Source: Octopus bimaculoides
Lineage: Eukaryota
DNA: 64,000 bases
Direction of reading: 5' to 3'
NCBI RefSeq assembly: GCF_001194135.2
Contig: NC_068983.1
Coordinates: 38,826,643-38,890,642 of the forward strand
A program made the position numbers and the translations under genes. Numbering within the stretch: position 1 is the stretch's first letter; every line of letters begins with the position of its first letter. Below, one piece after another: positions 25,635 to 38,538 of this stretch. The notes beneath the pieces were generated by a model that was not told where the DNA came from, ran no database searches, and saw only the letters and a list, made by a program, of their open reading frames with translations.

Positions 25635-26097
25635 TACACACACACATGCACACATATTCACACATGCCCATACAAACACACACACACATACTCGCAAACA
25701 TGCACACACACACTCACAAACACACACATACATATATACATACTCACACACACACTCACATATGCACACACACACATACATACTCACATACACACACTCT
25801 CACACATATATGCATACCCACACACACACGCACACACACACACACACACCACATATACACCCTTTATACATTTACATATAGCAAGTATGTGAGTATTTTA
25901 ATCCAACTTTCTAATTTCTTGGCCCTCTTCACTGTTCTAGATTTGCTGAACTCATGACGTCGCTATGAAAAACAAGTAATAAAGTGAGTGTGTGAGAAAG
26001 TTAAAGTATCAAATCCATTGTATGTTGATTATTATTCAACATTATATTCAACTGACCATTAATTGAATGTCTGGACATGATTCCTCTTGAGATTCTT

Positions 26098-26463
26098 TTA
26101 TTAGCTCCTCCTTAGCGAAGGCGGAGGTATTGTTTTCAGTAGTGTTTGTTTGTCTGTAGACAAGATATCTCAAGAACTGCTGGGTAGATTTGGATGAAAC
26201 TTTCAGGAATATTTGGCCTTGTGACTGGCATGAACCGATTAAATTCTGAAATTGATCTGGTGCTGGACAAGGATTCTGGATTATTTTTCCTGTATTTTTT
26301 ACTTAATTTTTGAGAGTGGTTGGGTTCGTTTTTAGTATTCTTGTTTATGAGAGCAGTCGAGTTTATTTCAAATATTCTCATTTTAAAAATCATCTCCGGC
26401 TAATCGTTGAGAGGACACTGGTGTTGCCTTGGCGGAGGTTTGTGCTCTCTGAGTGTTCTTGTT
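26098..26463 (+). mobile_element. Helentron-associated (HINE/DINE-like) non-autonomous element
   Basis: 5' hairpin ctcc-t-cctt-agcg-aagg-c-ggag (26105-26126), 'gtttgtttgtctgt' microsatellite seed, 3' 'ccttggcggaggtttgtgctctctgagtg', T-rich flanks. Confidence 0.6.
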
Positions 26464-26915
26464 TTTTTATTCTTTTACTTGTTACAGCCATTTGACTGTG
26501 GCCATGCTGGAGCACTGCCTTTAGTCAAACAAATCGAACACCATGAGTTATTCTTTGTAAGCCTAGTACTTATTCTATCAGTCACTTTTGCCAAACCGCT
26601 AAGTTACAGGAGTGTAACCACACCAACATCGGTTGTCAATCGATGGGGGTGGGGTACAAAGGCAAACACACACACACACAAACACACATATACATGTATA
26701 TATATATGATGGGCTTCTTTCATTTTGTCAGCTGAGTAACTGAGGCAATGTGAAATGAAGTGTTTTGCTCAAGAACACAATGTATCATCCAGTCTAGGAT
26801 TTGAAACCACAATCTTATGATTACAAGTTCGACACCTTAACCACTATGCTACATGCCTCTACTTACAAGGCTTTGATCAACCCAGGACTATAGTAGAAGA
26901 AGGTGCCATACAGTG
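26455..26915 (-). mobile_element. Family A SINE with a nested family D SINE head (about 26725-26860)
   Basis: Family A sequence is interrupted between 'gggcttctttc' and 'acaaggctttg' by 'gcaatgtgaaatgaagtgttttgctcaagaacac...ttaaccact'. Confidence 0.75.
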
Positions 26916-27059
26916 GGACTGAACCCAAAATTAAAAGATTGGAAAGTGAATTACATAGCCATGCCTGCATATATACATAATTGAAAATAAAGTCAAACTA
27001 GTTTTGTGGATAAAATTCTGGAATGTCAACTGCTTATATGCCTTCAATGAAATCTGCTG

Positions 27060-27361
27060 CTGCTTTTTCAATATATTTCTAGGTGCCGCTTGACTGGCTG
27101 GCTCCCATACTGGTGGCACATAAAAAGCACCATTTGAGCATGGTTAATGCCAGTGCCGCCTGACTGGCTCCCGTGCCGGTGGCACGTAAAAAGCACCCAC
27201 TACATTCTCAGAGTGGTTGGTGTTAGGAAGGGCATCCAGCTGTAGAAAACTTGCCAGAACAGATTGGAGCCTGGCGCAGCCTCCTGGCTTGCCAGTCCTC
27301 AGTCAAACCGTCCAACCCATGCCAGCATGATGATGATGATGACGATGATCATGATGAAGCC

Positions 27362-27419
<58 letters not shown>

Positions 27420-27430
27420 ATGATGATGAA
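27060..27430 (+). mobile_element. Family B element. Further copies at about 12030-12130-, 17210-17405+, 22480-22600+, 30345-30480-, 31300-31730-, 35890-36365+, 43085-43315-, 44985-45225-, 46370-46720-, 52190-52440+, 52825-53140-, 63285-63640+
   Basis: 'gagtggttggtgttaggaagggcatccagctgtagaaa...ccgtccaacccatgccagcatg(gat)n'. Confidence 0.88.
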
Positions 27431-28809
27431 CACTTTCTTTTATATTGTCTCAGTTCACTTAGCTGTTGGAGATTGGTACCAAATCACCAGGAGATATCAT
27501 CTGCAATCTACTGGTGACCTCTCCACAGAGCGATTCAACTGTTCTTTACTTTTAGTCACAAAACTGGATCTAAGCATTGGTTCCCAAGGGCCTTATGGGA
27601 GCCTAGTAGATATTTAATAGAACTAAAGTGATGTGGGAATGCATTGAAAATAAATGGTGAGAATGGATTTCATGATTATGCAGTTTGAGGCAAGAGAATG
27701 TTGACTGGGAACAAGAGTGGATAAGATGAGCAAATTAACTGAAGAGAATTTACAATAGATGGTGGCACATAAATCAAAGAGCTGTGTCTGATTTATGCTG
27801 ACATTTAAAATAAATGTTCAGACATTGATGGTGATGATGATCGGCATGGAACTAATGGAAGGTGGTAGCAATGGTGGTGGTGGCAGCAGCATTGTTGTTG
27901 TTGTTGTTGGTGGTGGTTGTGGTTCATGCAAGGACGATGATTTCTAAGATAACGTTTATCTATAATCATTCACATCACTTAGTTTCTTAGTTTCTTCTAT
28001 CAAACATGCTCTAGAAATGATTAAGAAATCATTCAGTCGTATGTATACACAGACATTCCAAAAATATATGCAAAGAAACATAAAGGTCCACCATCATTGA
28101 CGATAATGGTTTTAAATGTCACACTGTCTGGTAATTGGTCTCTGTCTAGCTTTGTACTGGATAATTTAGTAGAAAGTCTGTAGTTTCTTAAAATCTCTGA
28201 CACTGCAGACTGTAAGACTGTTTACTATTGCTATTTTTTCTTCCTACTTTAACTGATTGTTTTATAAATCAAATGATTAAAACTAAACACACTAAAATAA
28301 ATAAAATGCAGAAGCCATATTCAAGCTTAAATTCTGTGATAATCCTATTAAAATGAAATTGAATAATTTATAAACTATTCTATCACATTTCATCTAATTT
28401 TGTACCAGAAGGTTTTGTGGTTTCCAAACTATAAAATAATTTTAACTAACGAGTTTAAAATGTAACAAGTATTTGTTCTGCTGGAAAGTTTCTTTTGTTT
28501 TAATTTTATATCTTAAAGTTTATTCTGTTTTAATTTATATTTTATTTTTATTTTTCTCGTCACATGTCAGTATTATTTCTGCTAGCAAGTTTCTCAGTTT
28601 TTACAAATATGTTGAGCATAACTTTTCTTCCATGGATAGGAAGTTAGTGTATTGCAGAGTTTTATCATCTCAGTAACTGAATCTAGAGTTATACTGGGAA
28701 TTTATTAAAATTCTGGTGTTAAGTCCTATCCATGATTGGCTTGCTTTCCTCCTTCAAATGTTCATTGAATTATAATACAATTTTGACTTAGCTGAGACTG
28801 AGAGTGTTT

Positions 28810-28848
28810 GTCACTGAAGAGACCAATTCAGGTTGAAACACTGGTGAC
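28810..28848 (+). ncRNA. Degenerate minimal hammerhead-like motif
   Basis: GUCA-CUGAAGA-GACC-AAUUCA-GGUU-GAAAC-ACUG-G-UGAC; both core halves and stems I/II present but the UH cleavage dinucleotide is missing. Confidence 0.4.
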
Positions 28849-30333
28849 TGATAATCTGCCAGCAACATGATGAAAAAGTTCTGCATTTTTTAAAACAAAT
28901 CTCTTTGAGAAGTGTCTTTCATACAAGACTTATGTCTGCTACCTTTCTACATTTGTATATACATTCTAAATGTTATATACATTATACAAGTAATACAATA
29001 TATTGTAGTGAAATTTTGAAAAATAATTGCGAATGTTATGTTCAAAACTCTGATAAAAATGTGCAGTTGACTTAGTACTAGGTCCAATGAATTCTTCACT
29101 CACAATTACTAGTTTATATCTAAAATAGAAACAATTATTATTATTGTAATCCAACCAGCCCCACCACAATCATCACTGCCATCATTATTGTGATATTGCC
29201 TTTAATATCATTATATCAATAACAGTGTTGATATTAATATCAGTGTCACTGATGAATAGCTACTCCATCACAACCACCAACAAAAACGATTGAAGTAATA
29301 AACAGGAACTTGAAAATTTGGTAACTCTGCTTGCTTCTCTGGCAGCTCTTTTTCCTCAGGCAAGAAGTCAGTTTCATAAAGGAAAGGAAATGGTAGTTTT
29401 TTTCAAAATAAGTGAAGTGGCTCCAACTTTAGTTATTGACGCCATGTTTGCTTACTTGATTCACTGAGTAGGTATCATACTGTGCCACATATTTATTCTA
29501 TGTTCTTAAAATCACTGTTGGAAGAGTCCAGTGTTCCACAAAAGATTTTAATAACATCCGTCAACTTATTCAAATAAGCAAGCAATAAATTAAATTAAGC
29601 TTTGAAAATGAGTTTCAACTCGACCTTCTTAATGCCTGTAAAACACAGATAACGACAGAATAGAATGTGGATATAATTTAGTAATAGTTATTGTGATAAG
29701 ATTTCTTGTGTTAGATGTGTCATATATAGCAATGAAATATGGTTATTGCAGTAGGAAGACACACAAAGATTAGAAGAATCAACTGGATGTTTCCTCAATT
29801 GAATATACGAAATTGTCTGTGAATGTATAAATGGAAGATGTTTAATTTTATGGTGCCTCAGTTGGTGCATGAGTAAGAATTGACTTTGGCGTTCCAAAAT
29901 GTGATAAAAATGCATAGAATAGATGGAAGCATATTCTTTGCAAGCTGATTTCAGACGTGAGGAATAATAGTGGGGAAGGCATTGAACTCAAGTAAAGGAT
30001 CAGACCTTTGAACTGAATAGACAGATTGACCTAAACCAGTTCAGACAAGTGGTAAAAGGATAATATACTATACGGGCTTATGGAAGATAAATAAAAATGA
30101 CTTTGCATGTATTGATGATGACAAAAGGTTCTGTTCTCTGTAATATATTAACATGATGCTCTAGCTTTTCTAAACTGTTGACTCATCATCTGTGTATTTA
30201 TATTCTGAGAATTTCCATATAACTATTATTTGATCATACTGTCTAGATCAGAGTATGGCAATATTTTGGATTGGTATAGGCTACTTCAGAGCGGTGGCAT
30301 AAGCAAGTAACAAGTAAATACAACTTGCAATAT

Positions 30334-30366
<33 letters not shown>

Positions 30367-30531
30367 TTCGTCATCGTCATCATTTTAAAATCTATTTTTC
30401 CCAAGTTAGATGGTTTGACAGGAGCTGGTGAGCCAGAGGAGTGTATCAAGTTCCAATGTATGCATCAGCATAATTTCTATCACTGGATTCCCTGCCTAAC
30501 ACCAAATATATATATAGTCTTGTGTGTGTGT

Positions 30532-30830
30532 GAGGGCACATGGCTTAGCGGTTAGAGTGTTGCACTCACGGTTGCTAGACTGTGATTTCAATTCCTAGGC
30601 TGAGACTTGCATTTTGTTTTGAGCAAAACACTTCCTCACATGTTATTCTGCGATCATTTCAACACTTGACATGTGGTACACCATGCACCTGTTCAGACAA
30701 TGTTGATTTGATAGAGAGAGTGAGCTAATGTGTGGCATGAGCATTTGATCATTATAAACAAATCATTTGCGCAGGCCATTCAGCAAAAGCTGAACACTCA
30801 TACAACATCTTCAATGGGAATATATATATA
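30532..30830 (+). mobile_element. tRNA-derived SINE (family D-like head, distinct body)
   Basis: A box 'tggcttagcggttag', B-box-like 'gatttcaattcc', 'ttgagcaaaacactt' block. Confidence 0.65.
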
Positions 30831-30998
30831 AGAGGGATGACCACTAAGTGGACATCTCTTTTGCTATATATGTAATATAATTTTTTTTGAATCTTCAGAT
30901 TTTTCAATTTGCTAGGCCACTGGTTTTAAATTGATATTAATCAAATTGATATTCAATTTTTCACCCTTATTATTTAAATTTATATATATATATATATA

Positions 30999-31234
30999 CA
31001 GTAATCCTTTGACTGTCATGAGTGTTACGTTCCAAAACTTTCCATGATAGGTGAAAATCCGTGAAGTAGAAACAGTATTGTACTGCATAATTTTTTTATT
31101 ACTTTTATAATTTGTATATATTTATTTTAATATAAATGCAAAACAGCACCACAGCGGAATCGATGAAAGCTTAAATAATAAACCACGATGGGTGAACCAC
31201 AATAAATGAACCGCAATATGGTGAGGGATTACTG
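30999..31234. mobile_element. Tigger/pogo-like MITE
   Basis: TA|CAGTAATCC ... GGATTACTG|TA termini, with TA target inside an (AT)n tract. Confidence 0.8.
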
Positions 31235-31301
<67 letters not shown>

Positions 31302-31830
31302 CATCATCGTCATCATCATTTAACATCTGCTTTCCATGCTAGCACGGGGTAGATGGTTTAACAGAGAACTGGCAAGCTAGTAGGCTGCACCAGGTTCCAA
31401 TCTGATTTGGCAAGGTTTCTACATTTGGATGCCCTTGCTAACGCCAACCACTCCAAGAGTGTAGTGGGTGCTTTTTACATTCTACCAGCATGGGGGCCAG
31501 TCAGGCAACACTGGCATCAGCCACACTCAAATGATACTTTTTACATGCCACCGGCACAGGAACCAGTCAGACGGCACTGGCATCAACCATGCATGAATGG
31601 TGCTTTTTTTACATGCTAGTCAGGTGGCACTGGCATCAACCATGCTCAAATGATGCTTTTTATGTGCCACTAGCATGGGAGCCAGTTGGCCAGTACTAAC
31701 ATCGACCACACTTGAATGGTGCTTTTTCAACAGATAGTTGAAAAATAGAACAAGAATTATCGGTAAGGTCTCACTGAAGAGATTAAATCAAGTCTTAAAT
31801 AATTTGCTGTGTGATTTAAATTATGCAATA

Positions 31831-31868
<38 letters not shown>

Positions 31869-31869
31869 T

Positions 31870-32075
31870 TAAAATTTTTCCACAAGGGCAGCTTGGGGGG
31901 AGAGGGTTAAGTCGATTACATCGACCCCCAGTGCTCAACTGGCACTTATTTTATCAACCCCAAAATAATGGAAGGCAAAGTCGACCTTGGCAGAATTTGA
32001 ACGCAGAATGTAAAGATGGATGAAATGCTCGCTAAGCATTTTGCTAGGCGTGCTAATGATTCTGCCAGCTTGCCG
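31870..32075 (-). mobile_element. Family C SINE. Further copies/fragments at about 9160-9260+, 16970-17110-, 40845-41044+, 43415-43770+, 54930-55025-, 61290-61410+
   Basis: Shared 'aaggcaaagtcgaccttggcagaatttgaac' and 'gtcgattacatcgacccc' blocks. Confidence 0.85.
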
Positions 32076-32099
32076 ACTTCCTCCTCCTCCTCCTCCTCC

Positions 32100-32138
<39 letters not shown>

Positions 32139-32746
32139 GCCACCATCACTACTACTACTACTACTAATAATAATAATAATAATGATAAATGAAAGCATTA
32201 AATGAAAGTTAATTTTTGTTATATTAAACTTGTTAGAAAATGCACTTAGTAATTATTTTATGACTTTCAAGGTTCCTGCTCAGCTCTGTTTTCTCTGGGA
32301 ATAAATGAATAAACGTTGTTGTGGTAAAGATGCTAATCCATCTCTGGTAACTCCACCCCACCTAAAACATTAATATCTCAATAGTTTTGTAAGCTGACAC
32401 TGTGGTAAAATAAATATATTGCTTTAAAACACAACACTTGTAACAGATTAAAACCTAGTCTAATATGTTTTTCATTTGGTCATTTTATCCTGGTTGAACT
32501 ATTGAATATTCTGGTTTTGCATTTGTTTTGCAAGATTTTTGATGTGAAATCATGTCTTGAAATTAATGTTGTATATTGGGATGATTTTACTGCCAATAAA
32601 GCACATGCACTCTTTATATTTCACTTCAGTTTTTTTTTACTATTGAATTAAATAATTAACCAATTGTTCAATTCATTAATTATCTAATTAAATGGTGATA
32701 AAAACTGAAATGAAGCATGAACAATGTGTGTGCTTTTATTGGCAGT

Positions 32747-33131
32747 TGTTGTTGGCACTCCGTTGCTTACGACGTCGAGGGTTCCAGTTGATCCGATCAA
32801 CGGAACAGCCTGCTTGTGAAATTAATGTGCAAGTGGCTGAGCACTCCACAGACATTTGTACCCTTAACGTAGTTCTCGGGGATATTCAGCGTGACACAGT
32901 GTGACAAAGCTGATTCTTTGAATTACAAGCACAGCAGAAACAGGAAGTAAGAGTGAGAGAAAGTTGTGGTGGAAGAGTACAGCAGGGTTCGCCACCATTC
33001 CCTGCCAGAGCCTCGTGGGACTTTTGGTATTTTCACTCAATAAACACTCACAACACCCGGTCTGGGAATCGAAACCGCGATCCTATGACCACGAGTCCAC
33101 TGCCCTAACCACTGGGCCATTGCACCTCCAC
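32747..33131 (-). mobile_element. Full-length tRNA-derived SINE (family D) with 10-bp TSD
   Basis: TSD tattggcagt at 32737-32746 and 33132-33141; A box TGGCCCAGTGGTT, B box GGTTTCGATTCC; (AAC)n 3' end; many CpGs retained, so probably young. Confidence 0.92.
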
Positions 33132-33884
33132 TATTGGCAGTATGACCCCACCAAAATACCACAATATGAACAATTGAATAGTTATCTTGAACGATAATTA
33201 AACCATAACCTAGAACTGTCATTAATTTTATAAAATACTTTGCTGTTTCCTCAGTTATCCTTCAGTGAGTAACATAAGTGTACACAGAGGTAACCAGTAT
33301 TACCATTCCTGATGAAAATTGTTGGTAATTTAAAATTTAAGCATTAGAACAAAGCAATTTTTTTATATTTTAATTGCATTAATTTTGTTAACATGTTTAC
33401 ATTTGCCATTAATTTACCTGCAAGGGTCTCATAGCTATCAGCTTGTCATTTGTTCCACAAAATAAAAACCTTAATATTACCAAATTGTAAACATTCATCG
33501 ACAGATAATGAAAGAAACAACTAAAAGACAAATTAATTTGGTAGTTTCATCTTGTAAAAGACTGAAGGCCTTCTTTGTGTATTTACAAATTAGGAAATGT
33601 AGCTTGTTTTCTTTCTCCTTTTCTTTTTGTTCCCTATTTTTATTTTTTTAATCTTGGCACTTGTTTATTAGCCAATCAAGTTGTATTGACAATTTCTGTG
33701 AGTCATTGTATGTCACAACATTATTGATTAGTGTGTCTGTGTGCTATTCCATCACCACAACTCACCACCAAATTACTGTTGTTAATTCAACTTAACATTT
33801 TCTTCTTGACAACTGTATCTTTATCATAGATCCCATTAGCATTTGCTTCAATTTGAACTTCTTGTTTTCTTTCTTTTTTTTTCT

Positions 33885-34305
33885 TTTATTCTTTTATTTG
33901 TTTCAGTCATTTGACTGTGGCCATGCTGGAGTACCGTCTTATTAGCCAAACAAATCGACCTCAGAACTTATTCTTTGTAAACCTAGTACTTATTCTATTG
34001 GTCTCTTTTGCAGAACCGCTAAGTTACAGGGACGTAAACACACCATCGGTTGTCAATCGATGGGTGGGGAGGGGTGGACAAACACACACACACACACACA
34101 AACACACACATACACACACACACATACACATATATATATATGACAGGCTTCTTTCAGTTTCCGTCTACCAAATCCACACATAAAGCTATGGTCGGCCCAA
34201 GGCTTTAGTAGAAGACACTTACCCAAGGTGCCACGCAGTGGGACTGAACTCGGAACCATGTGTTTGGTAAGCAAGCTACTTACCACACAGCCACTCCTGC
34301 ACCTA
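33885..34305 (-). mobile_element. Family A SINE, full length
   Basis: Complete head (aggtgcaggagtggctgtgtggtaag), CORE-like block, (CA)n, tail. Confidence 0.92.
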
Positions 34306-34645
34306 GTGATGAAAGAAACATAACTAAGAGACAAATTAATTTGGTAGTTTCATCTTGTAAACGATTGAAGGCCTTCTTTTTGTATTTACAAAGTAGGAAA
34401 TGTAGTTTCTGTTTTCCTTCTTGTTCATATCTTATTAAGGATGGCAAATACCTTAACAAATAAGATAAACTTTCAGTGATCTAAGTCTACAATGTAGTTT
34501 CAATTCCCAGTTGAAACCATTTCTTTTGATATATATATATATATATATATATACATGCGTGTGTGCACACACATACACACACACACATTAGTATGATAAG
34601 GCTTTAACAAGTAAACTAGTACTCGCTAAAGGGTAAAAGATAATG

Positions 34646-34684
34646 TTATAATGAAAACCACAAGGCTTGTGGTTTTCATTATAA
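34646..34684. repeat. Perfect 39-nt palindrome (19-bp arms, 1-nt spacer)
   Basis: ttataatgaaaaccacaag-g-cttgtggttttcattataa. Confidence 0.95.
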
Positions 34685-34857
34685 TATAATATATATAGTA
34701 ACGTTTTTTTTGCCACTATAACATGGCTTTTCTATACAGAACTGTTACTACATTTTAACTCCAGGAAAACGTCTTTTCCAGCTGATTAACGACACACAAC
34801 TTGTATCTGATATATTGTGAGTAAGGGAGCGAATCACTCCCCTACAGCTTGACAGGA

Positions 34858-34902
34858 CCAGTAGGCCACAGTTTCTGGGTTGTTACCCATCATCGGTACT
34901 GG
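34858..34902 (-). ncRNA. Minimal type I hammerhead ribozyme-like fold with two core substitutions
   Basis: CCAGUA-CCGAUGA-UGGGU-AACA-ACCCA-GAAA-C-UGUG-G-CC-UACUGG: perfect 6-bp stem I and 5-bp stem II; U4>C and U16.1>C. Confidence 0.75.
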
Positions 34903-35856
34903 ATACCTGTCTGCTAGAGATGGCAGTCAATCGTCCTTACTCAGAATATATAAAGAGAGAAGCAGCAGACAGCCGCTGATCTTGTAATAATGAAAGCAAT
35001 AACTACAAATAACAACTGACACAACCGTGACAACTTGTCCAACCTATGCCAGCCTGGAAAGCAGACATAAAATGATGATGATGGTAATGATGATGGTGGT
35101 TATTTGATGATATATAATGAGCAAATAAACTATAGATAATAGATATATGAATTTCCCAATACTAAAATTGATTAATCTTTTGGAAGTGTAGTTCACTTCA
35201 CAAATGAAAATACACATAATTTTGTTTAGACTCCCAAGAGAATCACCTCTGTTCCTGTAAACTGTCAAATCTTTCAGTGTTGGGATGTTTGTGTGTCTAT
35301 TCTCTCAAGATTATTTACTCTGTCAAGATAATTAACTCGGTCAGTTTCTCCATGGTATTCATGCTTTGAATCCAGTTGTTAAATTTTATCCCCAAATTGT
35401 AATTCAATAATCACAACAATAAGTTAAAAGTTTAAATTCTTTCATTTTTGGCAGCACAATGCTTGATTTCTTTTGTAATTGAATTTTCACTTAGACTGAT
35501 CTCCTATCACATTCTGCTGTAAATCAATTTTGTTATCTTGTTTTGTTTGAAATTTTAAAATATTGCAACATGCTTCTGCTACCCAATGTAGAAATGTGTC
35601 TGATGTTGCTTGTATATCTTTCTCTTTCTCCATATATGTATGTATATGTGTGTGTGTGTGTGTGTGTGTATGTATATATATGTGTGTGTGTGTGTATATA
35701 TACATTTATGTATATGTGCATATGGATGGATGGGTGAATGGATATGTATTGCAGTATTTGTGATTCACATTCTAAGCTTTCCTCTAAAAAAAACATCAAA
35801 CTAATCTAGCTATAAGATTTCTCTCCTTGCAAAAATGAAGTGCTTTGTTAGCAGCC

Positions 35857-35899
<43 letters not shown>

Positions 35900-36895
35900 A
35901 AGGCCTTTGGAGATAAGCTGTGTTTGAGAAAACCCACCAAGCCAAGTGAGATCATAGTTGTGGCCAATGCCAGTGTTGCATAACTGGCCTGTTTAAAAGC
36001 ACCCTTCAGTCATTAGGTGATATGGCATGCTTGTGAAGACCTATTGAACTGAGTGAAATTCTAGTCATATGCCGATGCCAGTGCCATCTGACTGGCACCC
36101 ATAGCGGTAACACGTAAAAAGCACCATTCAAGCGTGGTTGATGCCAGTGCCGTCTAACTGGCTCCCATGCTAGTGGCACATAAAAAGCACCCACTACACT
36201 TTCTGAGTGGTTGGCATTAGGAATGGCATCCAGCTGTAGAAACCTTGCCAAATCAGATTAGAGCCTGGTGCAGCCTCTCGGTTTGCCAGTTGTCAATCAA
36301 ATTGTCCAACCCATGGCAGGATGGAAAGCGGACGTTAAATGATGATGACAATGATGATGATGGTGAAGGCACACAGTGTACCATGATTTTGCTGGGCAGC
36401 ATTTCTCAAGCTTTTTATTGGAATAACCCTTCTCCCTCGGACTTGCTTTAGTAAGAGCTCAGGAAGTGCTTTACTTGCAGTGGTCTTACAATGTGCTGGA
36501 CACCAGATTAAATTTTCCAAGTTTGTATGCTGTAGGTAGATGGTAATTGGCTCTTCAGTGGGTCCGTCTATCCCTTTGACAGGTATTGTTTTAGTCTTAC
36601 TGAATTTCTGGTGTCACTCTTCACCAGATTGAAGCTGGGGATGTATGCAGATAACCTGACTATGCAACATTGTACTGGCTTACATGTTTCTAGCAGTGTT
36701 CTCAAGCAACCTGACATCATCGTCATCATCTTCTTCATCATCATCATTTAGTGTCCCCTTTTCTATACTAACATGGGTCAGACAGAATTTGTTGGGGCAG
36801 ATTTTCTACAGCTAGATGCCAACCCTCACCTCTTTCCAAGCAAGGTAATATTTCTCCTTGGCAAAGAAGACTGGAAATGAACAATCTTGCTTGTA

Positions 36896-36943
<48 letters not shown>

Positions 36944-37722
36944 CTTTAGTAGAAAGGATTATTATTATTATTGTTGTTGTTGTTGTTGTTATGGTGATGA
37001 TGATTTTACAATCATCACATGTCTAGACAAGAGCACATACAAACACACACACTTAAATGTGTGTGTGTGTGTGTGTATACATATATATTTGCACAAACTC
37101 ATCCACACAATGGCCTGTCTTGTTTCCCAGCTGGAATTGCTTTATTTTAAGTCATTAATATCCTTTGAAAAAAAAAAAAAAAAAAAGAGCAAAAAGAAAA
37201 AAGCCCCACAAACATTGCATGGTTCTATTTTCCCATCTATAGACTTTTTAAGCTTTATACTGACATTAATAAAAAAAAATTTTTTTAACCCATTGTCTAT
37301 CATAAATCAATGCAATAACACCGCAGAGAGGTATTAATAGATAAAGTCCTCAATTATGCTGTAGTTCCTCATCAAATGTCCTTCAGTTCAGTTCTGTTGT
37401 ATCATAAAAGCTCAAAGCAAAGACATAAGTATCACAACTTCCAGTTATTCTCCTCCAAAATGCAAAACTTCATTCTTGCAAATTTATTACTATATGACCC
37501 AAGTGAAAAATCTATTATACGTTTTTGCTTGTTTCAGTCATTAGATTGCAGCCATGCTGGAGCACTGCCTTTGAAGAATTTTTAGTCAGATGAATCAGCC
37601 CCAGTAATTATTTTCATCAAGCCTGATACTTATTCTGTCGGTCTCTTTTGCCAAACTGCTAAGCTACAGGGACGTGTACATACCAACAATGGATATCAAT
37701 CGGTAGCTGGGGGCAAACACTG

Positions 37723-37757
<35 letters not shown>

Positions 37758-38486
37758 CACACACACACACACACACTCATATGCACGCATGCACTGACAC
37801 ACACACACCCATACACACATACACACACACACACACGCGCAAACACACACACACACTTGACGAACTCCTTTCAGTTTCCATCTATCAAATTGATTCACAG
37901 GGCTTTGGTCAGCCCAAGGAATACAGCAGAAGACATTTGCCCAAGGTGGAACTGAACCTGTATTCATCTGGTTGGGAAGCAAACTTCTTACCACACAGCC
38001 ATGTCAGCGCTTATGTATAGTCATTTCACTTGCTCAAAATAACAGCAAATTCTCTCTCAATAAACCCATTAACATCTTTAAAACAAGGATCCCCAGATTT
38101 TAATGCAACACATCACTGTTAAGCTAGGCTGTTCAGAGTTGAAACTGCAATTAAATAACAGAAGATCAATCCCTTTTAGGTTTATTTATGTACATGGATT
38201 ACTGAACATAACCCTTATTACATATAAGAGAAAGTAAGGAACAAAGATGTAAAAGAACCAAAGAACTGGCTTGTTAATCATCAGTTTGCATCCATTAATT
38301 ATCAGTTTGTATCCTACTGCAAGTGATGCATTGCACCTGTGGGGAAATACACTTAATTTAATTTGCCTAAGTTTCATGCCTTAATTAAGAAATCATTACT
38401 ACCTTTTAGAAGAAGCCTGTGACAAAGAGCTAGCTGTTGTTTATATATTTGTGTTTATGTGTAAAAATATATATATATAATATATT

Positions 38487-38538
<52 letters not shown>

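Noticed and set aside
33040-33131. tRNA-like sequence with A and B boxes (also the heads of families A and C)
   Set aside because: No complete cloverleaf; it continues into a SINE body bounded by TSDs, so it is not a tRNA gene
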